From: Eledone cirrhosa
Taxonomy: Eukaryota
Length of the DNA stretch: 42,042 nt
Direction: 5' to 3'
Assembly: GCA_964016885.1 (NCBI GenBank)
Contig: CAXHJY010000723.1
Coordinates: 1-42,042 of the forward strand
Shown: piece after piece, positions 1 to 11,027 of the stretch
Layout of the letters: the number at the start of each line of letters is the position of its first letter
How positions within the stretch are numbered: position 1 is the first letter of the stretch
Translations under genes and position numbers: made by a program
The notes under the pieces: model-generated
The model's database searches: none
Seen by the model: the letters and a program-made list of their open reading frames with translations, nothing else
Told to the model about the DNA's origin: nothing

Positions 1-84
1 TATATATGTGTTCTATGGTGTGTATATATGTCCCTCTCTCTCTATATATATATGTATATATGTGTTCTATGGTGTGTATATATG

Positions 85-141
<57 letters not shown>

Positions 142-398
142 GTGTACGTGTTTTATAGTTTCAAATCCAGGTCTATTGATAAAGAAGAATCTTTATTACT
201 CATCAAATATAAGAAGAGAGTGCAAAGAAACTAGAAACTAGAGATATCCAGTCTATAATATCGTATTACTCTGCCTACTATTGACGGTGAATTGACAGAA
301 TTGGTGGAGCATCGGACAGCATGTCTTGGTGTGTTTAGCTTACACCTGTTGACGTTCCTAATTCCGACATCCACAACTTTCATATACATATATATGTG

Positions 399-431
<33 letters not shown>

Positions 432-440
432 GTATATATA

Positions 441-738
<298 letters not shown>

Positions 739-788
739 GAAAGAAGAGTGACACGATTTGCTATACAAAAAAGGTTTTTAATCTCATT

Positions 789-894
789 GCTGACAATTGT
801 TTCTCTGAACTGGTAGGTCTAGAAATCGATACCCGCCTGTTTTCACGTCATTCGATCACCAATACATAGTTGTAACCAGTCAATTCATCAGAGC
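789..894 (-). ncRNA. Type I hammerhead ribozyme motif with long stem II and palindromic mini stem III
   Basis: Minus strand: gct-CTGATGA-at-tgactggt...accagttca-ga-GAAAC-aatt-GTC-agc. Stem I is only 3 bp. Lies within a TA-flanked island at 736-968. Confidence 0.65.
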
Positions 895-966
895 TTCCGA
901 GAATGAAGGGAATACACAGGCATGGCTTCTATATATGGACTACCTATAACAATAATCTGTTATCCC

Positions 967-1007
<41 letters not shown>

Positions 1008-1018
1008 AAAATGTTTAT

Positions 1019-1112
1019 CCCCGATGGCAGAGCTCAAGCCGTTTTGACAGCTAGATCCGAACTATACCACCAGTATTAGAACGGCAGGAATCTAGCTGAA
1101 CTTATCAAGGGG
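1019..1112 (-). ncRNA. Degenerate hammerhead ribozyme (decayed core)
   Basis: Minus strand: cccc-TTGATAA-..cagctagat...atctagctg-tc-AAAAC-ggc-ttgagctct-gcc-ATC-gggg. All three stems are intact. There are four transitions in the core, two of them at CpG sites. Confidence 0.6.
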
Positions 1113-1285
1113 GTACAGTCCATATAGGGGCATGCAGTCAAAGCAAAAGAAGCAATATAAATATAGGCGGGGGGTGGGGTGCTAAACAGACCGAAATAAT
1201 TTATATATATATATTATATATATATTTATATATATATATATATATATATACTGTATATATATATATTTATATATCTATATATATA

Positions 1286-1324
<39 letters not shown>

Positions 1325-1332
1325 CACAGAGA

Positions 1333-1402
<70 letters not shown>

Positions 1403-1474
1403 AGCAATTAAATAGCGTACTAAAAAGTGGGCGAAGAAGATAGAGGAGAATATAGAATGCAACTGATAATTAAG

Positions 1475-1587
1475 ATGAATGTTCTTTATTGAAGAGACTT
1501 GCCTAAGATACTACGCGGTGGGACTGTACCCGAAACCACGTGGTAACGAAGCAAAGTCCTTAACAAACACGACTATGTCTGCTCCTA
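1475..1587 (-). mobile_element. Old tRNA-derived CORE-like SINE fragment
   Basis: Reverse complement contains a degenerate tRNA head followed by tcttaggcaagtctcttc, which is CORE-like. Confidence 0.45.
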
Positions 1588-1844
1588 GTATATACCAACC
1601 TAATTATTGTGTCTTGTTTGTTGATTTGTTTGTTTGTTTGTTTACCATTCCATTGTTGTGTTCTATTTATTTCGAGTGACGTCAGCAGAGGAGGGAGGGG
1701 GGGGGGGGTAGAGGAGGTAGCAGTGCTGGTGGTGGTGTTGGGGGAGGATGATAGAGAGGGGAGGGGAAGGAGATGAAGAGGGGGAAAGGGAGGAGGCGGA
1801 AGAAGAAGAGATGATGAGTGGTGTTGTTTTTGTTACTGTTGCGG

Positions 1845-2180
1845 CACACAACCCAGTCTAGGATTCGAACCCACGACATTTTAATGTAGCTTTGTGTAGT
1901 AATGGTGTGTGATATGGTGGTGGCAGTGGTGTTGGTCTTGTTACTGTTACTGTTGCAGGAAACAATCCAATCCAGGAATCGAACCCACGACATTATGATC
2001 ATAAATATAAACACGCTTCCCACTAAGCCACGCGTCAAGTTTATATAGTACTGGCGTCTGAAATGGAGGTAGTGGCATTGGTGTTGTTGTTATTACTGTT
2101 GCAGCACACAACCCAGTTCAGATATCGAACCCACAACATTATGATAGTAAGTCCAACACCCTTACCACTAAGCCACATAC
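1845..2180 (-). mobile_element. Three tandem degenerate tRNA-head fragments of a SINE
   Basis: The motif gga(a/t)tcgaacccac(g/a)acatt...cactaagccac occurs three times (~1860, ~1975, ~2120). It matches the SINE at 33770-33912. Confidence 0.55.
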
Positions 2181-2336
2181 TAACAACAAGCACTGTTAGG
2201 TGTACTTTTCTAAAGTAATGACGTGATTGTAATAAAGTCACTGATATCGGCTGACATGATTTGCTCCTAAACCTGGTCAGGAAACGACGGCTCGTGTTTG
2301 ATATCGTTGGTAATGGTCATGGTTGATAGCTTACAT

Positions 2337-2368
<32 letters not shown>

Positions 2369-2527
2369 GGTGTTGTTGTTGTTGTTGTTGTTGGTGGTGG
2401 TAGTGGTGTTGTTGTTGGTAGTGGTGTTGTTGTTGTTGGTGGTGATGTTGTTGTTGGATAACATTCAACCGTTTCACTTAATTATACAAGTGTGTGTGTT
2501 GTGTGCGTATATAATATATTGTGTGCG

Positions 2528-2574
<47 letters not shown>

Positions 2575-3091
2575 GTGTGCATATGTATATATTCCATTCC
2601 TCCTTTTCTTTATCATCGTATGTTTGTAATGTGTAAATTGTAAACAACATTGTTTTCTGCCTAATAGAGAGATAAGAGAGAGGGGGGGGGGCGATAAGAG
2701 AGAGTGAAGGAGAGAAAGTAAGATGGTAGAGAGAGAGAGGAGGAGGAAGGAGAGAGAGAGAGAGAGAGAGAAAGAAAGAGAGTGGGTGAGATAGTGTATA
2801 GAAGTTTTATTAGTCGTACTTATACTTATACACAGGTCAAGTAACATCTGCATTACATTTCATATTGTTCAAAACAGTGGTGGAGGCGGTGGTGGTAGCG
2901 GTAGCGGTGGCGGCGATGGTGGTGTTTGGAGATGGACGACGATAGAAGGGTCTCTCCTCCTACGTGGTCGCTTTGACTCGCTAGAAACAATAGTTAAATA
3001 TCCCGCAAACACCACTGCCGTCAAGATAAAACTAAAAACAATGTGGGAGAGGTCACGTTTAATGTTTTAGGTGATACAAATATAGATATAT

Positions 3092-3308
3092 AATGGTTTC
3101 TACTTTAGCAACAAGGCCAACAATTTTGGAGGGGGAGGGGGGGGGGGGGGGGTAGGCTGGAGGAAAGTTGATAGAATCGACCCCAGTTTGTTACTGGTAC
3201 GTTATTTTATCGATCCCGTAAGTATGACTGGCAAAGCTAATCTCAGCGGGATTATTTGAACTTAGAACGTAAAAAGCCGTAATTATATGCCGCAAAGCAT
3301 GTTGTCCG

Positions 3309-3312
<4 letters not shown>
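3092..3312 (-). mobile_element. tRNA-derived SINE, family A (long form)
   Basis: Reverse complement of the family body (ctttgcc..tcat..ttacgggatcgataaaataa..gtaccagt) and tail (ttgttggccttgt..taaagtagaaac). Confidence 0.8.
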
Positions 3313-3357
<45 letters not shown>

Positions 3358-3361
3358 TATA

Positions 3362-3422
3362 CCCGTCTAACCCATGCTAGCGTGGAAGATGGACGTTAAA
3401 CGATGATGATGATGATGATGAT
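3362..3422 (+). mobile_element. SINE/LINE 3' tail ending in (GAT)n
   Basis: ccgtctaacccatgctagcgtggaagatggacgttaaac(gat)n resembles a common octopus retroposon tail. Recognised from memory only. Confidence 0.5.
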
Positions 3423-3526
3423 CCAGGGAGTGTAACGCGGGGTTACTGTAGGTTCACCCGGGTGAGCACTCGATGTTTAGGTTCACGTTGGTATCGAGGT
3501 GTAGAGTTAGTCAGAGTGTAGTATAA

Positions 3527-4049
<523 letters not shown>

Positions 4050-4524
4050 AAATTCAGTGTGAATTATGAAGAGCGTTGGAGGTTGAAATTTCGTTGTATG
4101 TTTTTGTTATTGACGCCTGAATTATATAATACCACTATAAATGACATAGTTGTTATTAAATCGAGGATATGTTTCCTTGATTCGAAGTTACAGACTATTA
4201 TCCACTTTTTTCCACCTCAAGGGATTTTATTTCTCCAGATTTATTCACAACAGTTTTATAGTGATAATGATAATTCAGGCGTTGTATTTAGTTCTTTGTT
4301 CGATAACGAATACATATTTGAAATTTTAGTCTTCTTCGCGCCTCATAAACTTTCTATTACATTGTATATAGTTTTATTCAATTATTTCTCCTTAATTTTG
4401 CATGGTTTCTGTTATTTTGAAAGACCTGTTATGTTACTCAATCTTCTAGTTAATACGTCAATCCTGCTTACTCAGATGGTCGACCAGGCTTTTAGCTGCA
4501 GTCAACAAGTCATTGTCCTTCATA

Positions 4525-5155
4525 CGAGGATGAGCTGAACAAGTTCATAGTCTGACTAGGAAGGATTAATGCTAGAGCTGTGAAATTTTACATTCATTAA
4601 TTTCAACTCTTTTTATCAATAACTCCATTGCTTCTGTCCAGGGACTACGCTGAAAAATAAACCCAATTTGGTCATTCCATGAGAGTATCTTGGTCTGCCT
4701 GTGGAAGGAGTGATGTTAGAGCTGTGAAATCTTGCATGCATTAATTTCAACTCTTTTTATCAATAACTGCATTGTTTCTGTCCAGGGACTACGTTGAAAA
4801 ATAAACCCAATTTGGTCATTCCATGAGAGTATCTTGGTCTGCCTGTGGAAGGAGTGATGTTAGAGCTGTGAAATCTTGCATGCATTAATTTCAACTCTTT
4901 TTATCAATAACTGCATTGTTTCTGTCCAGGGACTACGTTGAAAAATAAACCCAATTTGGTCATTCCATGAGAGTATCTTGGTCTGCCTGTGGAAGGAGTG
5001 ATGTTAGAGCTGTGAAATCTTGCATGCATTAATTTCAACTCTTTTTATCAATAACTGCATTGCTTCTGTCCAGGGACTACGTTGAAAAATAAACCTGATC
5101 TGGTCATTCCATGAGAGTATCTTGGTCAGTCGGTGAACTTTTAAACCGACCCTCG
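4525..5155 (+). mobile_element. Mariner-type non-autonomous element with internal tandem expansion
   Basis: TA|CGAGGatgagctgaacaagttca ... tgaacttttaaaccgaCCCTCG|TA gives imperfect TIRs with a TA target duplication. Internal gactacgttgaaaaataa encodes DYVEK*, the typical mariner transposase C-terminus. Confidence 0.75.
4559..5127 (+). repeat. 144-bp tandem repeat, ~4 copies
   Basis: gagctgtgaaat recurs at 4575, 4719, 4863 and 5007. Confidence 0.95.
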
Positions 5156-5201
5156 TATATCGTAACACACCATAGACATAGCATTGGGATTTACCTGCTA
5201 A

Positions 5202-5393
5202 GGGCGGTGAATTGGCAGTATCGGTAGAGGGTCGGACGCCATGCTTTCCAGCATAGTTACGTCCCTTTACGATCTGAGTTCAAATCCCGCCGAGGTTGAC
5301 TTTGCCTTTCATCCTTACGGGGTCGATAAAATAAAGTACCAGTAATGCACTGGGTAATTGCTGGCCTTGTGCCTAAAGTAGAAACAATTATTA
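5202..5393 (+). mobile_element. tRNA-derived SINE, family A, full length
   Basis: A-box-like tggcagtatcgg, B-box gttcaaatccc, conserved body and an (ATT)-type tail. Near-identical copies occur elsewhere in the window. Confidence 0.9.
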
Positions 5394-5772
5394 GCGGAAA
5401 TAACGGATACGGAAGATGTTTATCTATAAGCTTGGAGATTTATCAGTTGTTTGTTTAATTACAGGTGTATTATCAAATAAAAAGTTATAAAAGGTTACCA
5501 AGAGATATACAAAGAGATATACCATTTACTACCTTGCTATCTTTCATGAGGAACCTTTTCAACGGTCATTGACCAGGTGTTTTTACTGTTTATTTATTTA
5601 TGTATATGTAGTATGTAAACATTTATAAAGTTATAAAACCAGAAGAACATACATACATACATGTATATATATACATACGTTTATACATAAAACCATACAT
5701 ACATGCGCACGTACGTATGTGCTTACATATATACATGAATACATATGTACGTAGATGAATATATATGTACGT

Positions 5773-5811
<39 letters not shown>

Positions 5812-5896
5812 AAATATTTAAAAAATAATGAATAAAACAAAGAAACAGTTCCTTATATTAAACAAAAAAAGTTCATTATATATATATATATTAAGG

Positions 5897-6107
5897 AATC
5901 GATCGACTTTCGTCAAATCGGACCGAGGAAACAATGTTTCCATTGGTCTTTCTAATTGCTAATACTGGCTATCGGTCGCAACTCCAGGTAGACGGAGCAA
6001 CGTGAAATAAAGTGTCTTGCTCAAGGACATAACGCATCGCCCGGTTCTGGAATCGAACTCACAACCTCACGATTGTGAATCCAATTCTCTAACCACTCAG
6101 CCACGCG

Positions 6108-6110
<3 letters not shown>
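5897..6110 (-). mobile_element. tRNA-derived CORE-like SINE, family B
   Basis: Minus strand: tggctgagtgg (A box), gttcgattcc (B box), gtccttgagcaagacacttta (CORE-like). Its 3' part matches 17750-17900. Confidence 0.85.
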
Positions 6111-6187
<77 letters not shown>

Positions 6188-6392
6188 ACAAACCCTCCAT
6201 CTCAATTCTACTTTTGAAAAGCACAAGAACTACGAAACCGGTAAAGGAACCAAATAAATATTTTAAAAAAGACTCCAGTTGCATTTTCGATTTCATCTTT
6301 TTTCCTTATACTTTCACTCGTGTAGGACATCTCATTTTTTTTTTCATTTTGTAAACAAACCTCACTTTCTAATATATATATAGTGTATAGGT

Positions 6393-6480
6393 CAGTGCTA
6401 CTCAAAGTGTTGGTCCGCGGACCGGTGCCGGTACGCAAGCCATCAGCTACCGGTACGCGACCAGTGTCCAGGCCATGATA
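6393..6480 (+). mobile_element. hAT/Charlie-like DNA transposon terminal fragment
   Basis: cagtgctactcaaagtgttggtccgcggaccgg resembles CAGTG..CTCAAAGTG.GGTCC hAT-Charlie termini. No partner end was identified. Confidence 0.5.
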
Positions 6481-6769
6481 AGGAATCATTTGAGGAATTT
6501 TTTTTATTACTTTTTTATATGTTTTGATATTGTATTATTTGTTTACAAAATAAATAGAAGATAAAAAAATGGCCAACTATTATTATGTGAATTGGCAGTA
6601 TCGGTAGAGGGTCGGACACCATGCTTTGACACCCACGTTGTCTATGCCCTCCGGTGTTCCCTTTGCGGGTCTTTATGTAGCGATTGTGTTGTTATTTCTC
6701 TTTACCTTTTAGATACATACATATATATATATATGCACAGCTTCCAGGGAAGGAGAAAGAGTATTAGAG

Positions 6770-6933
6770 AGAATCGATTCCAGTCCTTGATCGATGCTTT
6801 CTTTATCTACCTAGAATAAATATGAGATAAAGTTGACTTTGATGGGGTTTTAACTCAGAGAAAGCAGAAAACTGGGACGAAGACCGCAAAGCGTTCTATC
6901 CGACGTTCTAACAACCCTGCTAATTCGCCGCCT
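6770..6933 (-). mobile_element. Old SINE family A-related copy
   Basis: Degenerate aaagttgac..gg.ttt.aactcaga...ctgctaattcgccgcc. Confidence 0.65.
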
Positions 6934-6963
6934 ATGTTGGTAGTCAACAGAATAATTTAAAGT

Positions 6964-7370
6964 AGATGGCACCACCCTCATATAGTGCTGGACTTGACAA
7001 TAAGCTAAATAAGCTATAGATTATGGTCACACAGCTTCGGGGGCCTCATTTTGAAAAAATATATATTTTTATTTAGTACCATTAGTATTTTCATTCTTTT
7101 GCACTAAATGATCAAAAAATTAAGGCCTCAAATTTCATATAGCTTAGGGCTTCAGCCGGTGAAAATCTGGCCCTGACCCCTTACTACGAATAGATGGGAA
7201 GCTGTGGCTTGTGTTAATCAGATCACCCCACATTCCTGGTTTTACAACAACCCCTTCCATATACTCTTCTATGCTTGGAAGACTATAAACCTCCATGATG
7301 TTTTTATTATTCGTGGATAACGTCTTTGAGATCGTTGACACAGAATATAGTCTCACCATAGTACCTTATC
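6964..7370 (-). pseudogene. Frameshifted OTU-like cysteine protease fragment, probably transposon-derived, interrupted by a hAT-like end
   Basis: Minus-strand frames give YYGETIFCVNDLKDVI, SIEEYMEGVVVKPGMWGD, QATASHLFVV and AYLAYCQVQHYMRVV. Their order matches OTU motifs (LYG, EEY..M.K.G.WG, EL.A.A, LAY....HY). The catalytic Cys motif was not seen. Confidence 0.45.
7025..7175. mobile_element. hAT-like terminal fragment
   Basis: Ends in aatctggccctg (reverse complement CAGGGCCAGATT) with internal ggcctca subterminal repeats. Confidence 0.45.
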
Positions 7371-7411
7371 ATCTATTTGTGTGAGTTTTTTAAAATCTTA
7401 TTGTATTATTT

Positions 7412-7490
7412 CTTTACGGGGTCGATAAAATAAAGTACCAGTAATGTACTGAGTATTTGCTGGCCTTGTGCCAATAGTAGGAACAATTAT
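7412..7490 (+). mobile_element. SINE family A, 3' half
   Basis: ttacggggtcgataaaataaagtaccagtaatg...tggccttgtgcca..gtag.aacaatta. Confidence 0.85.
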
Positions 7491-8073
7491 TTATTTACTA
7501 TTATTATTATCCTTTTTGTAATCTGATATTGTTTCCTCATTCTGTAAATCGTTTCGAATTTCTTCAGGCATTTGATATCGATCTGTCTTTAGCTGCGGCC
7601 TTGCAAATGCCTATGAAATTCAAGTCTAGAGGAGTGAGTTCCTCTTTACGAGAGATGCGCTTCTTTTAACCTGACATGGATTTCACTTCACCCCCAGAAG
7701 GTCTCTTTTTGAAGGAGGATAGAATATGTTTTTATTTTATTCGTTTCGTTTTTCGTTTTTTTAATCGTTTTTTTGTTGTTGTTGTTTTTGCTTTTTTCGT
7801 TTTTTATTTTATTTTATTTTATTTTATTTTATTGCTAGTGGTGGTGGTGGTGATGGTGGTGATTGTGGTGGTAGTAGTGGTGGTGGTGATGGTGGTGGTA
7901 ATGGTGGTGGTGTTGGTGGTGGTGTTGGTGGTGGTGGTGCTAGTAGTGGTGGCGTTGGTGGTGATGATAGTAATGGTGGTGGTTGTGGTGGTGGTTGTGG
8001 AGGTAGTTATGATGACGATGGTGGCGGCGACGAGATGCATGATGGTGGCAGTGTTAACTGTTGTGGCCATGCT

Positions 8074-8183
8074 GTGACAGTTAATATCTTTACAACCAAT
8101 CAACTAACTTTTGCGCAACATAGATACAACATTTGCTAAATGATGGCGGCATGTATAAATTATTGAGAAAAATCACCAACAAC

Positions 8184-8217
<34 letters not shown>

Positions 8218-8363
8218 TTAAACAGGGCTCTCTCCTGTTTTTTCACGATGTCTGCAATGTCGTCCCTTCCTGCTCAGTAACTGCCTTAAAGATGATGTAA
8301 CTGACATAAATGTTGACCAATCAACGACTGGGAAATTTCCGAAGGCACATAGTAATGGAGATA
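8074..8363. repeat. Local duplication, copy 1 (partner at 12927-13204)
   Basis: About 290 bp of complex sequence, highly similar to 12927-13204. Both copies are preceded by (GGT)n tracts. Confidence 0.9.
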
Positions 8364-8546
8364 GATAGGTAGCGGGGGATATTGAGGAGCTGAGAGAATT
8401 TGGCGGGTTTGCATTAATCTTGCATATGTCATCCGATTTCTTATAAATTGTTGACGCATTTCGGAGGTGGTGAAAGTAACGGAGATGCATATATGTCCGT
8501 CCATCCATATTCCTTTCAACAGTTACACATACATGCATATATACAT

Positions 8547-8594
<48 letters not shown>

Positions 8595-8748
8595 ATATAT
8601 TATATATATGAATGTATTAATAAAATGAATAAATTTGTATATATGAATGGATGAATGAATGAATGCATATATATATATATATATATATAAACTCCTTTCA
8701 GTTATGAATGACCATGAGATTTGCACTTAGAAAGTCCGGGCAAGGTTG

Positions 8749-8830
<82 letters not shown>

Positions 8831-8869
8831 GATATTAAAAAATGGAAACTATTTTTATAAAACCATATT

Positions 8870-8934
8870 TATTTCATTATACATATTTCAAGGACACCAC
8901 GTTAAATTATGGTGTGCTTTCATCAGATAAAATA
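8870..8934 (-). ncRNA. Type I hammerhead ribozyme motif (P1)
   Basis: tattttat-CTGATGA-aag-c-acaccat..gtggtgt-c-ctt-GAAA-tatgta-TA-atgaaata. Confidence 0.75.
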
Positions 8935-9066
8935 TAATATAGAACAGTTTTATAAATAAATATTGACATACCCTTAAAGAATGCAACCATTACTGTTGGA
9001 AGCTCCCGTAATGGTTGCATTCTTTAAGGGTATGTCAATATTTATTTATAAAACTGTTCTATATTA

Positions 9067-9131
9067 TATTTTATCTGATGAAAGCACACCATAATTTAAC
9101 TTGGTGTCCTTGAAATATGTATAATGAAATA
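9067..9131 (+). ncRNA. Type I hammerhead ribozyme motif (P1)
   Basis: 8-bp stem I tattttat/atgaaata. CTGATGA at 9075, stem II aag.acacca/tggtgt.ctt, GAAA at 9112, predicted AUA cleavage after 9123. Confidence 0.75.
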
Positions 9132-9254
9132 AATATGGTTTTATAAATATAGTTTCCATTTATTAATATCATATTTTTACTCCAAATATTTGTTGAGTGC
9201 TTTATATCAGTTATAAAAATATTTGCTTGTTGTATCCCAACAATTTAAATTAAC

Positions 9255-9306
<52 letters not shown>

Positions 9307-9467
9307 AGCAAAAGGGATATTCAATTTGTTGGTAATTCAACAAATATAAATGTTTATAACTGATTCAGAGCACTCGACATATTTTCTGGAATATAATATT
9401 CAATGATATTAAATAAATGGAAACTATATTATAAAACCATATTTATTCTATTATATATATTTCAAGG

Positions 9468-9654
9468 GGCGGTGGATTGGCAGTATCGGTAGAGGGTCGG
9501 ACGCCATGCTTTGAAGCATAGAGTTACGGCCCTTGCCATTCTGATTTCAAATCTCGCCGAGGTTAACTTTGCCTTTCATCCTTACGGGGTCGATAAAATA
9601 AAGTACCAGTAATGCACTGGGTAATTGCTGGCTTTGTGCCAAAAGTAGAAGCAA
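9468..9654 (+). mobile_element. SINE family A with ~19-bp target-site duplication
   Basis: Full-length copy flanked by attatatatatttca(a/c)ggg at 9450 and 9654. Confidence 0.9.
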
Positions 9655-9750
9655 TTATATATATTTCACGGGTACCAGACTATCCAAGGAAAACTTGAAC
9701 CGTTAAGGAATCTTTTCTTGGTTATGTCAAAATTTATAAAACAAACTTTG

Positions 9751-9812
9751 TATTTTATCTGATGAAAGCGTACCAAAGTTTTTGGTACCCTTGAAATATA
9801 TATAATAGAATA
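9751..9812 (+). ncRNA. Type I hammerhead ribozyme motif (P1b)
   Basis: tattttat-CTGATGA(9759)-aag-c-gtaccaaa-gtt-tttggtac-c-ctt-GAAA(9793)-tatata-TA-atagaata. Confidence 0.8.
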
Positions 9813-10134
9813 AATATGGTTTTAAAAAGATAGTTTCCATTTATTAATATTATTGATGTGCGTTTGGGTGGGTGTGTAGACCATCACCATCATCATCACC
9901 ATCATCACCGTCGCCACCATCATCATCACCATCACCATCATCACCGTGTTGCCTCTACCATACTTGCGTGTTAGGCAGGTTGTCACGTTTTAAGTTCAGA
10001 CACGTCAGGTGACACCATTTCATGCTATTCATAAACAAGCCATTGCTGTTTATGTTCGCTCTCAGCTCTCTAATGGTTTTCACAATGAACGTACCAGCAT
10101 AGTTTCTACGACTAGGCACCCTTCCTTACACCAA

Positions 10135-10810
10135 CCACTCCACGGTGTGTATCGGGTGCGGTTCATTGTAGCACCAACATTACCTCTTGACAGTGTGTGG
10201 ACTGCGTTTTATTGTGGACTGCGTTTTATTTGTGGCACCACTTTACATTGAGGACTGTGTGCATTTTTGGTGGTAGCATCACTTACACTTTACGAAGTGG
10301 ACTGGGTGTTTTTATTGTGGAACCATCATTACCACTTGACAGAGTGGACTTGGTGCCCTTTATTGTGGTACCAGCACTACCATTTTACAGAGTGGATTGG
10401 ATGCTTTTTATGGTGGCAAAAGTACAACCATTTTACAATGTGGGTTGGGTGCATTTTATCACGGCACCACCAAAATCACTTTACAGTGTGGGTTGGGTGC
10501 ATTTTATCGCGGCACCACCACAATCGCTTTACAGTGTAAGTTTAGTATTTTTATCGAGGCACCAATGCAACCACTTTACAGTGTGGGCTGGGTGTTTTTA
10601 TCGAGGCACCAGCACAACCACTTTACAGTGTGGGCTGGGTGTTTTTATCGAGGCACCAGCACAACCACTTTACAGTGTGGGCTGGGAGCTTTTAGCGTTG
10701 CAACATCACTAGCACTTTATAGGGTGGGCTGGGTGCTTTTAGCGTTGCACCATTACTAGCACTTTATAGGGTGGGCTGGGTGCTTTTAGCGTGGCACCAG
10801 AACTACTATT
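10135..10810. repeat. Degenerate ~47-bp minisatellite, roughly 14 units, probably expanded within a SINE
   Basis: Unit is ggtgtttttatcgaggcaccagcacaaccactttacagtgtgggctg (10591-10637). It is preceded by a degenerate gtttctacg.ct.g..cccttcct...ccaacc SINE-like domain and (CAT)n. Confidence 0.85.
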
Positions 10811-11027
10811 TTGGACACGGAAGGGGTTGGTCATTATGCCCTCTGCCAGGGTGATGTGGTATGGTATGGTGTGGGGTGGAGTGGAGAACAAGAGCATTGG
10901 TAATAATTACCAGCTGATAACATTCAGCAAAAGAAAAGATAATTTTGATAACAATAACCGTTTGATAACATTGTCGTATATATACATATATATATATATG
11001 ATGAGCTAATTGGGCGTTTCTGTTAGG

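Larger units (their letters stand above)
8831..9258. mobile_element. PLE-like fold-back element, family P1, with two outward-facing HHRs
   Basis: Near-perfect inverted arms at 8831-8993 and 9008-9170 with a 14-nt spacer. The right arm extends to ~9258. Flanked by (TA)n and (CA)n. Confidence 0.85.
9308..9855. mobile_element. P1-subfamily fold-back element interrupted by a SINE
   Basis: An inverted 3' end (9308-9467, resuming to ~9676) is joined to a plus-strand copy (~9678-9855) that matches 21597-21772. Confidence 0.75.

Noticed and set aside
4059-4538. 159-aa ORF
   Set aside because: AT-rich with no recognisable motif, it ends inside the mariner TIR, and the opposite strand is full of stops.
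6035-6110. tRNA gene
   Set aside because: A and B boxes are present but run directly into a CORE-like SINE body, so this is a SINE head.
7545-7621. Hammerhead (minus-strand CTGAAGA-aattc-GAAAC) or pre-miRNA hairpin
   Set aside because: There is no room for stem II and no matching stem I or III. The hairpin is short and interrupted.
10135-10810. CRISPR array or repeat-protein CDS (ORFs 10197-10759)
   Set aside because: The 47-bp period is not a multiple of 3, there are no spacers, and overlapping ORFs appear in all frames.
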